DNA of 64,000 bases, taken from the NCBI GenBank assembly GCA_017468385.1, contig JAFUIQ010000001.1:7335-71334 (forward strand). Reading direction: 5' to 3'. This stretch comes from Clostridia bacterium. GTDB taxonomy: Bacteria > Bacillota > Clostridia > Oscillospirales > CAG-272. Under the pieces are notes generated by a model. The model saw only the letters and a list, made by a program, of their open reading frames with translations, had not been told where the DNA came from and did no database searches. Positions 36,424-44,955 of the stretch are shown here, in pieces (the stretch's first letter is position 1; the number at the start of each line of letters is the position of its first letter). Both the position numbers and the translations under genes were made by a program.

Positions 36424-37590
36424 ATGAATTATACTGCGGATCAACGCCGTAAACTGTGGGGAATCCTCGCGTCATTGGCAGCGGCGGTCACCATTGCCGT
36501 TGTGCTGGACTGTCTGCCATTGACTACACCTCCCACCACCGATGTACTTGACAACTCTGTATCGGACTCATCTGCCCAAGAGGATTATTTCCCCGAAACT
36601 GATTCCTCTGTTTCGCCAGATCATACACCTGTCACGGATCCCGCACAAACCACGGGCACTCCATCGGAAACCACCGCTCCTGAACCTTCCGCTCCGGCTC
36701 CGCAGGATTCTGCGTTTGTCCTGACTTTTCTGGGCGAATGTGCCCCCGGCAGTCCTTTGGGAACCGATTCCTTCGGTTCGCTCAATGCTTTGGCCAAAGA
36801 GAACGGAACGGGATACTTTTTCTCGGAGCTGAAACCCATTCTATCCACCGATGATCTGACCGTGGCGGCCAACAACTGTGTTTTCACCGATGCGGACGCG
36901 TCCTCCATCACCGGATGCGCGGCACCGTCGGCCAACGTAAACATTTATAAAGACGGATCCATCGGTTTCCTGTCGCTGGCGGCACCTTCCCTGCACGAAT
37001 ACAGTGACACGGCTCTGTCGGACACCAAGCACTCTCTGGACACACACGGTCTCCGTTATGCGGAGGATGGTCAGTTCACCGTTTTTGAAGACGACGGTAT
37101 CCGTCTGGCCCTTGTATGCCTGCAGCTTAAGAAGCACATCAATACCGCCGATGATCTGACGGTGATCCGTCAGGCAAAAGATGCAGCGGAATATGTTATC
37201 GTGTACTTCTGGGGCGGGGACAACGACTCCCACGCACCGGAAGAGTGGCTGAGCACTACCCTGCGCTCCTTTGCCGATGCCGGCGCTTCGCTGATCGTCG
37301 GATGCGGAAACGGAGTGCTTCGTCCTGTGGAGCAATACGGAAATGCCACCATTGCCTATTCTTTGGGTACTCTTCTGGATGGCTCTGCCATGTATCATCA
37401 GAACGCCACAGCTCTTTTGCGGCTCACCCTTTCCCGGAACACGGACGGAACCCTCCATCAGAATGTGGAGATCATTCCCTGCTACGTGTACGAGGACACC
37501 TGGCAGCCCTGCCGCATCACCGATTCCGCGGATGAAAAGCAGGTGATAGGTTTTCTGAATGGGCAATCCGACGCCCCCACGCTGGAATAA
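36424..37590 (+). CDS. CapA/PGA_cap-like membrane-anchored protein (catalytic motifs appear substituted)
   Basis: N-terminal TM (WGILASLAAAVTIAVVL), a Pro/Thr/Ser-rich linker, then ..FVLTFLGECAPGS..LTVAANNCVFTD..VIVYFWGGDNDSHAPEEW..LIVGCGNGVLRPVE..IAYSLGTLL, which follows the CapA block order. Confidence 0.7.
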   Translation: MNYTADQRRKLWGILASLAAAVTIAVVLDCLPLTTPPTTDVLDNSVSDSSAQEDYFPETDSSVSPDHTPVTDPAQTTGTPSETTAPEPSAPAPQDSAFVLTFLGECAPGSPLGTDSFGSLNALAKENGTGYFFSELKPILSTDDLTVAANNCVFTDADASSITGCAAPSANVNIYKDGSIGFLSLAAPSLHEYSDTALSDTKHSLDTHGLRYAEDGQFTVFEDDGIRLALVCLQLKKHINTADDLTVIRQAKDAAEYVIVYFWGGDNDSHAPEEWLSTTLRSFADAGASLIVGCGNGVLRPVEQYGNATIAYSLGTLLDGSAMYHQNATALLRLTLSRNTDGTLHQNVEIIPCYVYEDTWQPCRITDSADEKQVIGFLNGQSDAPTLE

Positions 37591-37656
37591 CACCTGAGCC
37601 TCCCGCATCTGCCGGAGGCTCTCTGTATCTTATGGAATCTACAAAGGAGAGAATCT

Positions 37657-39186
37657 ATGTATACAAACAACTCGATGTATCTCGGCCTTGCCGATGAGCG
37701 CGTATGCCTGCCGCTGGGACAAGCCAACCGCCACGGCTTGATTGCCGGTGCCAGCGGTACGGGTAAAACCATCACCATGAAGGTGATGGCGGAATCCTTT
37801 TCCGATGCGGGTGTCCCTGTTTTTCTTTGCGATGTGAAAGGGGACGTATCCGGTCTGGCACAGGCCGGTGAGGACAACGCCGGTATGCAGAAACGCATCG
37901 ACAAATTCGGCATCCGTGACACCTTCACCTACAAACCCTATCCGGTGACGTTTTGGGATCTGTACGGCAAATTCGGACATCCTGTCCGCGCCACGGTTTC
38001 GGACATGGGACCTTCCCTGCTGGCGCGGATCTGCAGTTTGACGGAGATCCAGGAAGGTATTCTGCATATTGCGTTCCGCGTGGCCGATGACAAGGGCTTG
38101 ATCCTCACCGATCTGAAGGATCTGCGCGCCATCCTGAACCACATAAATGACCGGAAGAAAGAATACATTCCTCAGTACGGAAATATCACCACGCAAAGCG
38201 TGGGGGCTATTCTCCGCGCGCTTCTGGTTCTGGAAAATGAAGGCGCCGATCGTTTTTTCGGCGAGCCCGCACTGGATATTGCCGACTGGCTCCGCACCGA
38301 TGCGGACGGACGCGGCATGATCCACATTCTGGACAGCCGCACACTGATCTCCACCCCCAAACTGTATGCCACATTCCTTCTGTGGATGATGGCGGAGCTG
38401 TTTGAAACCTTGCCGGAGGTAGGCGATCCGGAGAAGCCTAAGCTGGTGTTCTTCTTTGATGAGGCACATCTCCTCTTTAACGATGCCCCCAAGGCTCTCC
38501 TCCAGAAAATCGAGCAGACGGTCAAGCTGATCCGCTCCAAAGGTGTGGGCATTTATTTTGTCACACAGAATCCTTCGGATATTCCCGATGCGGTGCTGGC
38601 ACAGTTGAGCAATCGTATTCTGCACGGTCTTCGTGCCTACACGCCCAGTGAGTTGAAGGCGGTGCGTGCCGCCGCCCAGTCGTTCCGCCAGAATCCAGCC
38701 TTTGACACGCAAGAGGCCATCTTGTCCGTGGGAACCGGCGAAGCGGTAGTATCCCTGCTCAATGAAAAAGGTGTGCCTACCATCGCACAGAAAACGGCTA
38801 TTCTCTGCCCCCAGAGCCTTATGGCACCTTGCAGTGAATCCGTTCGTACACAGTGTCTGGAAAAGGACGGTATGGCAAAATACGACACAGCCATTGATCC
38901 GGAATCCGCTTACGAAGTGTTGGCGGAGGAAGCTGCTCTGCAGGCGGAAAAAGACGCACTGGAAGCCGAACGGGAAGCGATTCGCCGTGAGCGGGAAGAG
39001 TTGGAAAAGCAGAAGCAGAAGGAAGAAGAAAAGCGAATCAAGCAGATAGAAAAGGAACAGGAGCGTCAGCGGATCGCCGCCGAGAAAAAGGTCCAGAAGC
39101 GGCGGGAACGGATCGAATCCCAGATCATTTCAACCGGCGGTGCTCTTCTGCGGCGCGGTCTTTTGAACATACTGAAGAGAAGATAA
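37657..39186 (+). CDS. HerA-like P-loop ATPase (DUF853/YjgR family) with C-terminal coiled-coil
   Basis: ..NRHGLIAGASGTGKTITMKVMAE (Walker A)..KLVFFFDEAHLLF (Walker B)..GVGIYFVTQNPSDIP... The tail is Glu/Lys/Arg-rich: ..REREELEKQKQKEEEKRIKQIEKEQERQR... Confidence 0.85.
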   Translation: MYTNNSMYLGLADERVCLPLGQANRHGLIAGASGTGKTITMKVMAESFSDAGVPVFLCDVKGDVSGLAQAGEDNAGMQKRIDKFGIRDTFTYKPYPVTFWDLYGKFGHPVRATVSDMGPSLLARICSLTEIQEGILHIAFRVADDKGLILTDLKDLRAILNHINDRKKEYIPQYGNITTQSVGAILRALLVLENEGADRFFGEPALDIADWLRTDADGRGMIHILDSRTLISTPKLYATFLLWMMAELFETLPEVGDPEKPKLVFFFDEAHLLFNDAPKALLQKIEQTVKLIRSKGVGIYFVTQNPSDIPDAVLAQLSNRILHGLRAYTPSELKAVRAAAQSFRQNPAFDTQEAILSVGTGEAVVSLLNEKGVPTIAQKTAILCPQSLMAPCSESVRTQCLEKDGMAKYDTAIDPESAYEVLAEEAALQAEKDALEAEREAIRREREELEKQKQKEEEKRIKQIEKEQERQRIAAEKKVQKRRERIESQIISTGGALLRRGLLNILKRR

Positions 39187-39198
39187 CGGAACATCATT

Positions 39199-39241
39199 CC
39201 CGGGTGACTGTCAACTGACAGGACACCCGGGCTTTATTTCT
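39199..39241 (+). terminator. Terminator after the HerA-like gene
   Basis: CCCGGGTGaCTGTCA-act-GACAGgaCACCCGGG-CTTTATTTCT. Confidence 0.55.
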
Positions 39242-39316
39242 GGCTCCTTTAACAAAAATATCCACGCGGCCGAACAATATTTATTGAAAAAAACAGCGGC
39301 AAAACACACAAAAATC

Positions 39317-39345
39317 TTGCATTTTTTACCATAGTATGATATAAT
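39317..39345 (+). promoter_or_regulatory. Consensus promoter for the cofE-like/guaA-like pair
   Basis: TTGCAT (39317-39322), 17 nt spacer, TATAAT (39340-39345). Confidence 0.55.
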
Positions 39346-39444
39346 GTACGCGTTGCAAAAATATAATCAGATTTGCTTCCATCCATGTCCCTCTGTACCC
39401 TGTACAGTCGGCTGAATGCACACAAATGTGAAAGGACCTTTCCC

Positions 39445-40647
39445 ATGAAAAGTAATGATCGCAGAGTTGGCACAGTATCCCGCGGTATCCGCTGCCCGAT
39501 TATCCGCGAAGGAGACGATCTGTCGGCCATCATCACTGACAGCGTCCTTGAGGCGGCAGAAATCGAAGGATTCCCCTTGCGTGACCGGGATGTCATTGCT
39601 ATGACGGAATCCATTGTGGCCCGTGCCCAGGGAAACTACGCTACCGTACAGAATATTGCCGCTGATGTAAAGGCAAAGCTGGGCGGTGAAACCATCGGCA
39701 TTATCTTCCCCATCCTTTCACGAAACCGATTTGCCATTTGCCTCCGCGGTATTGCTATGGGTGCCAAGAAGGTTGTGCTGATGCTCAGTTATCCCTCCGA
39801 TGAGGTGGGCAACGAGCTTGTCAGCCTGGATAAGATCGACGCAGCCGGCATAAACCCCTACACGGATGTTCTCACACTGGAAAAATACCGCGAGCTGTTC
39901 GGTGTAAACAAGCACGAATTCACCGGCATCGATTATGTGGAGTATTACGGTGATCTGATCCGCTCCTGCGGTGCAGAAGCGGAGATCATCTTCGCTAACC
40001 AGCCCAAAGCCATTCTGGACTATGCCGATCATATTCTGACCTGTGACATTCATACCCGCGCCCGCACCAAGCGCATTCTGAAAGCCGCCGGTGCCAAGGT
40101 AGTGTGCGGATTGGACGATATCATGACCGCACCGATAAACGGAAGCGGATACAATGAAAAATACGGCCTTCTCGGCTCCAATAAATCCACGGAAGATCAG
40201 ATCAAGCTCTTCCCCCGGGAGTGCAAGCAGTTGGTTCTCGACATTCAGGACCGTGTGCTGAAAGCTACCGGCAAGCTGGTGGAAGTAATGGTATACGGCG
40301 ACGGCGCGTTCAAGGATCCCAAGGGTAAGATCTGGGAATTGGCGGATCCGGTGGTTTCCCCCGCGTTCACCGACGGTCTGATCGGTACGCCCAGCGAACT
40401 GAAACTGAAATATCTGGCAGACAACGATTTCAAGAATCTGTCCGGTGAGGAGCTGAAGGAAGCGATTTCCGCCAGCATCCGGGCCAAGGAACGCGATCTG
40501 GTAGGCAATATGGCTTCCCAGGGCACCACTCCCCGTCAGCTGACCGATCTGATCGGATCTCTTTGCGATCTGACCAGCGGCTCCGGCGATAAGGGTACTC
40601 CCGTGGTACTGGTTCAGGGATATTTCGACAACTACACCGACATGTAA
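39445..40647 (+). CDS. CofE-like (F420-0:gamma-glutamyl ligase family, PF01996-like) protein
   Basis: MKSNDRRVGTVSRGIRCPIIREGDDLSAIITDSVLEAAEIEGFPLRDRDVIAMTESIVARAQGNY....YGLLGSNKS....DGAFKDPKG..ELADP... This is the roughly 400 aa Firmicute version of the family as I remember it. Confidence 0.75.
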   Translation: MKSNDRRVGTVSRGIRCPIIREGDDLSAIITDSVLEAAEIEGFPLRDRDVIAMTESIVARAQGNYATVQNIAADVKAKLGGETIGIIFPILSRNRFAICLRGIAMGAKKVVLMLSYPSDEVGNELVSLDKIDAAGINPYTDVLTLEKYRELFGVNKHEFTGIDYVEYYGDLIRSCGAEAEIIFANQPKAILDYADHILTCDIHTRARTKRILKAAGAKVVCGLDDIMTAPINGSGYNEKYGLLGSNKSTEDQIKLFPRECKQLVLDIQDRVLKATGKLVEVMVYGDGAFKDPKGKIWELADPVVSPAFTDGLIGTPSELKLKYLADNDFKNLSGEELKEAISASIRAKERDLVGNMASQGTTPRQLTDLIGSLCDLTSGSGDKGTPVVLVQGYFDNYTDM

Positions 40648-40666
40648 TCCAACGGAGGAATAATCT

Positions 40667-41668
40667 ATGCTGAACAATAAACGTCCCGATTCTATGGAAC
40701 GCATTACAACTCCCGCACTGGCGGAAGCTTTCATCAATGAGCAGATCGCCCTTGTGCGCGAGCAGGTCGGTGACAAAAAAGTACTTCTCGCCCTTTCCGG
40801 CGGTGTGGACAGCTCCGTTGTTGCCGCTCTTTTGATCAAAGCCATCGGCAAGCAGTTGGTCTGCGTACACGTCAATCACGGCCTTATGCGGAAGGATGAA
40901 TCCGAAAGTGTTATCAAACTGTTCCGGGAGGAACTGGATGCCAATCTGATCTATGTGGATGCCACGGACCGTTTCCTGGATCTTCTCGCCGGCGTATCCG
41001 ACCCGGAGAAGAAGCGCAAGATCATCGGTGCGGAGTTTATCAATGTATTCGCTGACGAAGCCCGCAAGCTGGAAGGCATTTCTTTCCTCGCTCAGGGCAC
41101 CATATATCCGGACATTCTGGAAAGCATCAAGCAGGCTGAAGGCAAAAAAGCCGTTAAATCCCACCACAACGTGGGCGGTTTGCCGGAGGATCTGCAGTTT
41201 GATCTGGTTGAACCCATCAAACTGTTGTTCAAGGACGAAGTCCGTGTCGTAGGTGAAGCCCTCGGTCTGCCGCACGCTATGGTATACCGTCAGCCGTTCC
41301 CCGGCCCCGGTCTGGGTGTACGCTGTCTGGGTGCCATTACCCGCGACCGTCTGCACGCTCTGCGGGAAGCCGATGCCATCCTCCGCGAGGAGTTTGACAA
41401 CGCAGGTCTGAGCGGTAAGGTCTGGCAGTACTTCGTAGTAGTACCTGATGTACGGAGTGTCGGTGTCAAAGACGAAAGCCGTTACGAGGGCTGGCCGGCC
41501 ATCATCCGTGCGGTGAACACCAAGGATGCCATGACGGCTTCCATTGAAGAGATTCCCTATGCGGTTCTCCACCACATTACGAAGCGCATTACCAGCGAGG
41601 TGGAGGGCATCAACCGTGTTCTGTACGATCTGACGCCCAAGCCGACGGGCACCATTGAATGGGAATAA
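40667..41668 (+). CDS. guaA: GMP synthase ATP-pyrophosphatase plus dimerisation domains only (GuaA subunit-B-like; no GATase domain)
   Basis: ..DKKVLLALSGGVDSSVVAALL (PP-loop SGGVDS)..VCVHVNHGLMRKDE..AQGTIYPDILES..KSHHNVGGLPE..EPIKLLFKDEVR..LGLPHAMVYRQPFPGPGLGVR....TGTIEWE. The protein starts right at the ATP-PPase domain. Confidence 0.85.
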   Translation: MLNNKRPDSMERITTPALAEAFINEQIALVREQVGDKKVLLALSGGVDSSVVAALLIKAIGKQLVCVHVNHGLMRKDESESVIKLFREELDANLIYVDATDRFLDLLAGVSDPEKKRKIIGAEFINVFADEARKLEGISFLAQGTIYPDILESIKQAEGKKAVKSHHNVGGLPEDLQFDLVEPIKLLFKDEVRVVGEALGLPHAMVYRQPFPGPGLGVRCLGAITRDRLHALREADAILREEFDNAGLSGKVWQYFVVVPDVRSVGVKDESRYEGWPAIIRAVNTKDAMTASIEEIPYAVLHHITKRITSEVEGINRVLYDLTPKPTGTIEWE

Positions 41669-41673
41669 TGCAC

Positions 41674-41841
41674 TTGCATTAAGATAAACCTAATTATTGC
41701 ACAACCGGCAAGTGCCTGAGAATTTTCCTGACGGAAAATTCTCCAAGGTGCAGTTTACTTCCGCTTTGCATTAAGATAAACCTAATCGCAGCACAACCGG
41801 CAAGTGCCTGAGAATTTCCCTGACGGAAAATTCTCCAAGGC
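41674..41841 (+). repeat. Tandem direct repeat (2 copies of about 76 nt, period about 92 nt), each with a strong hairpin
   Basis: Copy A 41674-41749 and copy B 41766-41841 both read TTGCATTAAGATAAACCTAAT..GCACAACCGGCAAGTGCCTGAGAATTT(T/C)CCTGACGGAAAATTCTCCAAGG. Hairpins are GAGAATTTTCC-TGAC-GGAAAATTCTC at 41718-41743 and the one-mismatch copy at 41810-41835. Confidence 0.8.
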
Positions 41842-41904
41842 ACTGCCAAATATTCATAACCGCATAATACACAACCTCACATACCAATCAAAGGAGCATA
41901 TACT

Positions 41905-42594
41905 ATGAAAACTCTTTATTCCGGTAAAACCAAGGACGTTCTTCTCGACGAGGAGAAGAATATTGTACACCTGCTTTTCAAAGACAGCATGACCGGCGAA
42001 AACGGTGTATTTGATCCCGGCTCCAACACCGTTGGCGGCAGCGTGGAAGGCAAAGGTAAGATCGGTCTTGCCATCTCCAAGTATTTCTTTGAGTTGATGG
42101 AAAAGAACGGCATCCCCACCCACTACATCGCAGCCGATGTGGACAAGGGCTTGATGCAGGTGCGTAATCTGACCGTTCCGAAGCTGGAGTTCGTTCTCCG
42201 TTACTTCACCGCAGGCAGCATGTGTCGCCGCTTTACCCTGCCGGAGGGCATCGTATTCGATCCGCCGTATGCTGAGGTTACTTTGAAGGACGACATTCAG
42301 GGTGATCCGCTGATCAGCGAGCGTCTGTGCATCATGAAGGGTCTTCTGAAGGAAGGTCAGTATGACGAGGCACTGGATATCGTTCGCCGCGTCGGCGAGG
42401 TTCTGAAGGCTGAACTCGCTCCTATGGGTCTGACGCTGATCGACTTCAAGATTGAGGTTGGTTATGACGAAAGCGGCAAGATGTACGTTGCCGACGAGAT
42501 CACTCCCGATATCTGGCGCGTCCGTGATGAGAATGGCAACATCCCCAATCAGCTGGACTGCTCCAAGATGCTGCTCAAGAAAATGAATCTGTAA
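41905..42594 (+). CDS. purC: Phosphoribosylaminoimidazole-succinocarboxamide (SAICAR) synthase
   Basis: MKTLYSGKTKDVLLDEEKNIVHLLFKDSMTGENG..GKGKIGLAISKYFFELMEKNGIPTHYI..LEFVLRYFTAGS..LIDFKIEVG... AAAGGAG SD. Confidence 0.9.
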   Translation: MKTLYSGKTKDVLLDEEKNIVHLLFKDSMTGENGVFDPGSNTVGGSVEGKGKIGLAISKYFFELMEKNGIPTHYIAADVDKGLMQVRNLTVPKLEFVLRYFTAGSMCRRFTLPEGIVFDPPYAEVTLKDDIQGDPLISERLCIMKGLLKEGQYDEALDIVRRVGEVLKAELAPMGLTLIDFKIEVGYDESGKMYVADEITPDIWRVRDENGNIPNQLDCSKMLLKKMNL

Positions 42595-42602
42595 TTCAAT
42601 AT

Positions 42603-42632
42603 AAAAGGCATCGCTAAACGATGCCTTTTTCT
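42603..42632 (+). terminator. purC terminator
   Basis: AAAAGGCATCG-ctaaa-CGATGCCTTTTTCTT. Confidence 0.7.
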
Positions 42633-42660
42633 TACTTTGGAACCTAAGGAGGTATCCGCG

Positions 42661-43686
42661 ATGATATACTTTGAAAGCGACTACATGGAGGGCGCACACC
42701 CGGAGATACTGCGCCGCCTGATGGAAACCAATCTGGAAAAGCACTCCGGCTACGGCAGCGATATATACTGTGCCTCGGCCAAGGAGAAGATCCGCCGCGC
42801 TATCGGCTCACCGGACGCGGACATATATTTTCTGGTGGGCGGCACGCAGACCAATCAGATCGTCATTGACGCCATGCTGGGCGCATGCGAGGGAATCATC
42901 AGTGCCGACACGGGCCACATCCAATGTCATGAGGCAGGTGCTGTGGAGTCCTGCGGTCACAAGATCCTTCCCATCCCCCATAATCAGGGGAAGCTTCCGG
43001 CAGACGCCCTGCGGCGTTATCTGGAGACGTTCTTCGCCGATCCCAATCATCCCCATATGATTTACCCCGGCATGGTGTACATCTCCCATCCCACGGAATA
43101 CGGAACGCTGTACACGCTGGATGAGCTGAGCGCCCTCGCCGATCTGTGCCGCCAGTACCATCTTCCACTGTTCCTGGACGGCGCACGTCTTGGCTACGGG
43201 CTTATGAGCCGCGGCACGGATGTGACGCTGAGGAATATCGCCGAGCTGTGCGATGCGTTCTACATCGGCGGAACCAAGGTGGGTGCGCTGTGCGGCGAAG
43301 CGGTGGTGTTCCCCCGCGGGAATGCGCCGAAGCATTTCTTCACGCTGACCAAACAGCACGGCGCTTTGCTGGCCAAGGGACGTCTGCTGGGGATTCAATT
43401 CGATACGTTATTTACGGACGATCTGTATTTCACCATCAGCCGTCACGCGATCCAAATGGCGGATCGGATGCGAGCAGCCTTCGCCGCCAAGGGATACGAG
43501 TTCTACATTTCCACCGTCACGAACCAGATCTTTGTGGTACTGGACGCAGAGAAACTGGCCGCACTGGAGAAACAGGTATCCTTCAGTTTCTGGGAAAAGC
43601 TGGCGGACGGGCGCACCGTGGTTCGGTTTGCTTCCAGTTGGGCCACGACGGAGGAGGATGTGCGGGCACTCACTGACCTTCTATAA
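42661..43686 (+). CDS. Low-specificity threonine aldolase / beta-eliminating lyase family PLP enzyme
   Basis: MIYFESDYMEGAHPEILRRLMETNLEKHSGYGSDIYC..FLVGGTQTNQIVI..YISHPTEYGTLY..LFLDGARL..FYIGGTKVGALCGEAVVF. AAGGAGG SD. Confidence 0.8.
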   Translation: MIYFESDYMEGAHPEILRRLMETNLEKHSGYGSDIYCASAKEKIRRAIGSPDADIYFLVGGTQTNQIVIDAMLGACEGIISADTGHIQCHEAGAVESCGHKILPIPHNQGKLPADALRRYLETFFADPNHPHMIYPGMVYISHPTEYGTLYTLDELSALADLCRQYHLPLFLDGARLGYGLMSRGTDVTLRNIAELCDAFYIGGTKVGALCGEAVVFPRGNAPKHFFTLTKQHGALLAKGRLLGIQFDTLFTDDLYFTISRHAIQMADRMRAAFAAKGYEFYISTVTNQIFVVLDAEKLAALEKQVSFSFWEKLADGRTVVRFASSWATTEEDVRALTDLL

Positions 43687-43688
43687 AA

Positions 43689-44846
43689 TCATGCCCCCAG
43701 AGAGAACATCTGCAGCATCCGGACAAACAATCCCCAAAAGCTGATTTTATCCACGCTTTCCGATGCGGTGATATCCTCCTCACCGATGATCTCATCTCCG
43801 CACCGGTAGACGATTTTCCCGACGGTGTCACCCGCCTGCACGGGGGCGGAGACGGTTTCCGGCAATTCCAACGTATACGTCACCGACTTCTCGCTTCCCT
43901 TTTTCATCAAGCGGGAAAAGTCCCCATACACGATTCCGCAGTCCTCGGCCACACCGCCGAGGACTTTTATTCTGCCCGCGTCCGCGCCGGCATTGCGGTA
44001 CAAGGCAAAGTTGGCAAATCCCCAGTCCAAAAGCCGCGTGGCCATGGCATTCCGCACGTCCCGGGTGGGGGATCCCATGATCACGGCGATCAGGTGCAGT
44101 CCGTCCCGCTTGGCGGTGGCACTGATGCAGAATTTCGCTTTGGAGGTGGAGCCGGTTTTCAGCCCCGTAGCCCCGTTGTAAAAGCGGATCAGCCGATTGG
44201 TATTGGACAGCCCGAAGGCGCCGTCGCGGATGGTATCCATCCAGATGGTGGTGTAATCGAGAATCTTCTCGTGGGACAAAAGTGCCCGCGACATGATGGC
44301 GATATCCTCCGCGCTGGTCAGATGCGCGGTAGTGTCGTCATCCAGACCGGTGGCATTTTCGAACTTCGTGTGCTCCATCCCCAACTCCGCCGCCCGGTCG
44401 TTCATCATCCGGACAAAGGCTTCCTCGCTTCCCGCGATGGTTTCCCCCAAGGCGACGGCGGCATCGTTGGCAGAGGAAACTACGGTGCTCTTGAGCATAT
44501 CCTCCACGCTCATCTGCTCCCCCGGCTCCAGATAGACCTGGGATCCGCCCATGGAGGCGGCGTAATCGCTGACCGTAATCTTATCCGTCAGCGACAGGCG
44601 GCCGGAATCGATGGCTTCCATGACCAGAAGAAGTGTCATGATTTTTGTGACCGATGCGGGCGGCAGTGCCTCATCGGGATTTTTGGCGTAGAGGATCTCT
44701 CCCGTCTCCGCATCCATCAGCACCGCGCTGCGCGCGTCCACATCAAAGGGCATATTCTCCGCCGGATCCGTCCCGTAACACGGAATCGAGCCCATGCCGA
44801 CAAGCACCGCCAGAGCGCAGATCAATAGTCGTATACGTCGTTTCAT
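43689..44846 (-). CDS. D-alanyl-D-alanine carboxypeptidase (S11, PBP5/DacB/DacF-like)
   Basis: Signal peptide MKRRIRLLICALAVLVGMG. SxxK is PPASVTKIM, SxN is VVSSANDAA, KTG is GLKTGSTSKA. GGGAG SD before the ATG at 44846. Confidence 0.88.
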   Translation of the reverse strand: MKRRIRLLICALAVLVGMGSIPCYGTDPAENMPFDVDARSAVLMDAETGEILYAKNPDEALPPASVTKIMTLLLVMEAIDSGRLSLTDKITVSDYAASMGGSQVYLEPGEQMSVEDMLKSTVVSSANDAAVALGETIAGSEEAFVRMMNDRAAELGMEHTKFENATGLDDDTTAHLTSAEDIAIMSRALLSHEKILDYTTIWMDTIRDGAFGLSNTNRLIRFYNGATGLKTGSTSKAKFCISATAKRDGLHLIAVIMGSPTRDVRNAMATRLLDWGFANFALYRNAGADAGRIKVLGGVAEDCGIVYGDFSRLMKKGSEKSVTYTLELPETVSAPVQAGDTVGKIVYRCGDEIIGEEDITASESVDKISFWGLFVRMLQMFSLGA

Positions 44847-44955
44847 ACCGTACTCCCGATTATAAAGATGTACGATAACCATATGCGAACAAGCCCGGAA
44901 ATATGTCCGAAAAGCAAAGAGGCCGATGCGATATAACACATCGGCTCCTTGATTA

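Noticed and set aside
41674-41841. Tandem repeat considered as a mini CRISPR array, and considered as a purine or ZTP riboswitch pair.
   Set aside because: There are only two copies with a 16-nt gap, so there is no repeat-spacer periodicity and no cas genes. The sequence lacks the purine-riboswitch loop and junction cores and the ZTP GGGTCG...CCGCCTGGGC core, as I remember them. It is reported as an unclassified repeat instead.
43686-43689. The convergent threonine-aldolase-like and DD-carboxypeptidase genes end 2 bp apart with no intervening terminator.
   Set aside because: It is real but unremarkable. Termination may occur inside the opposing coding regions, and no further structure was seen.
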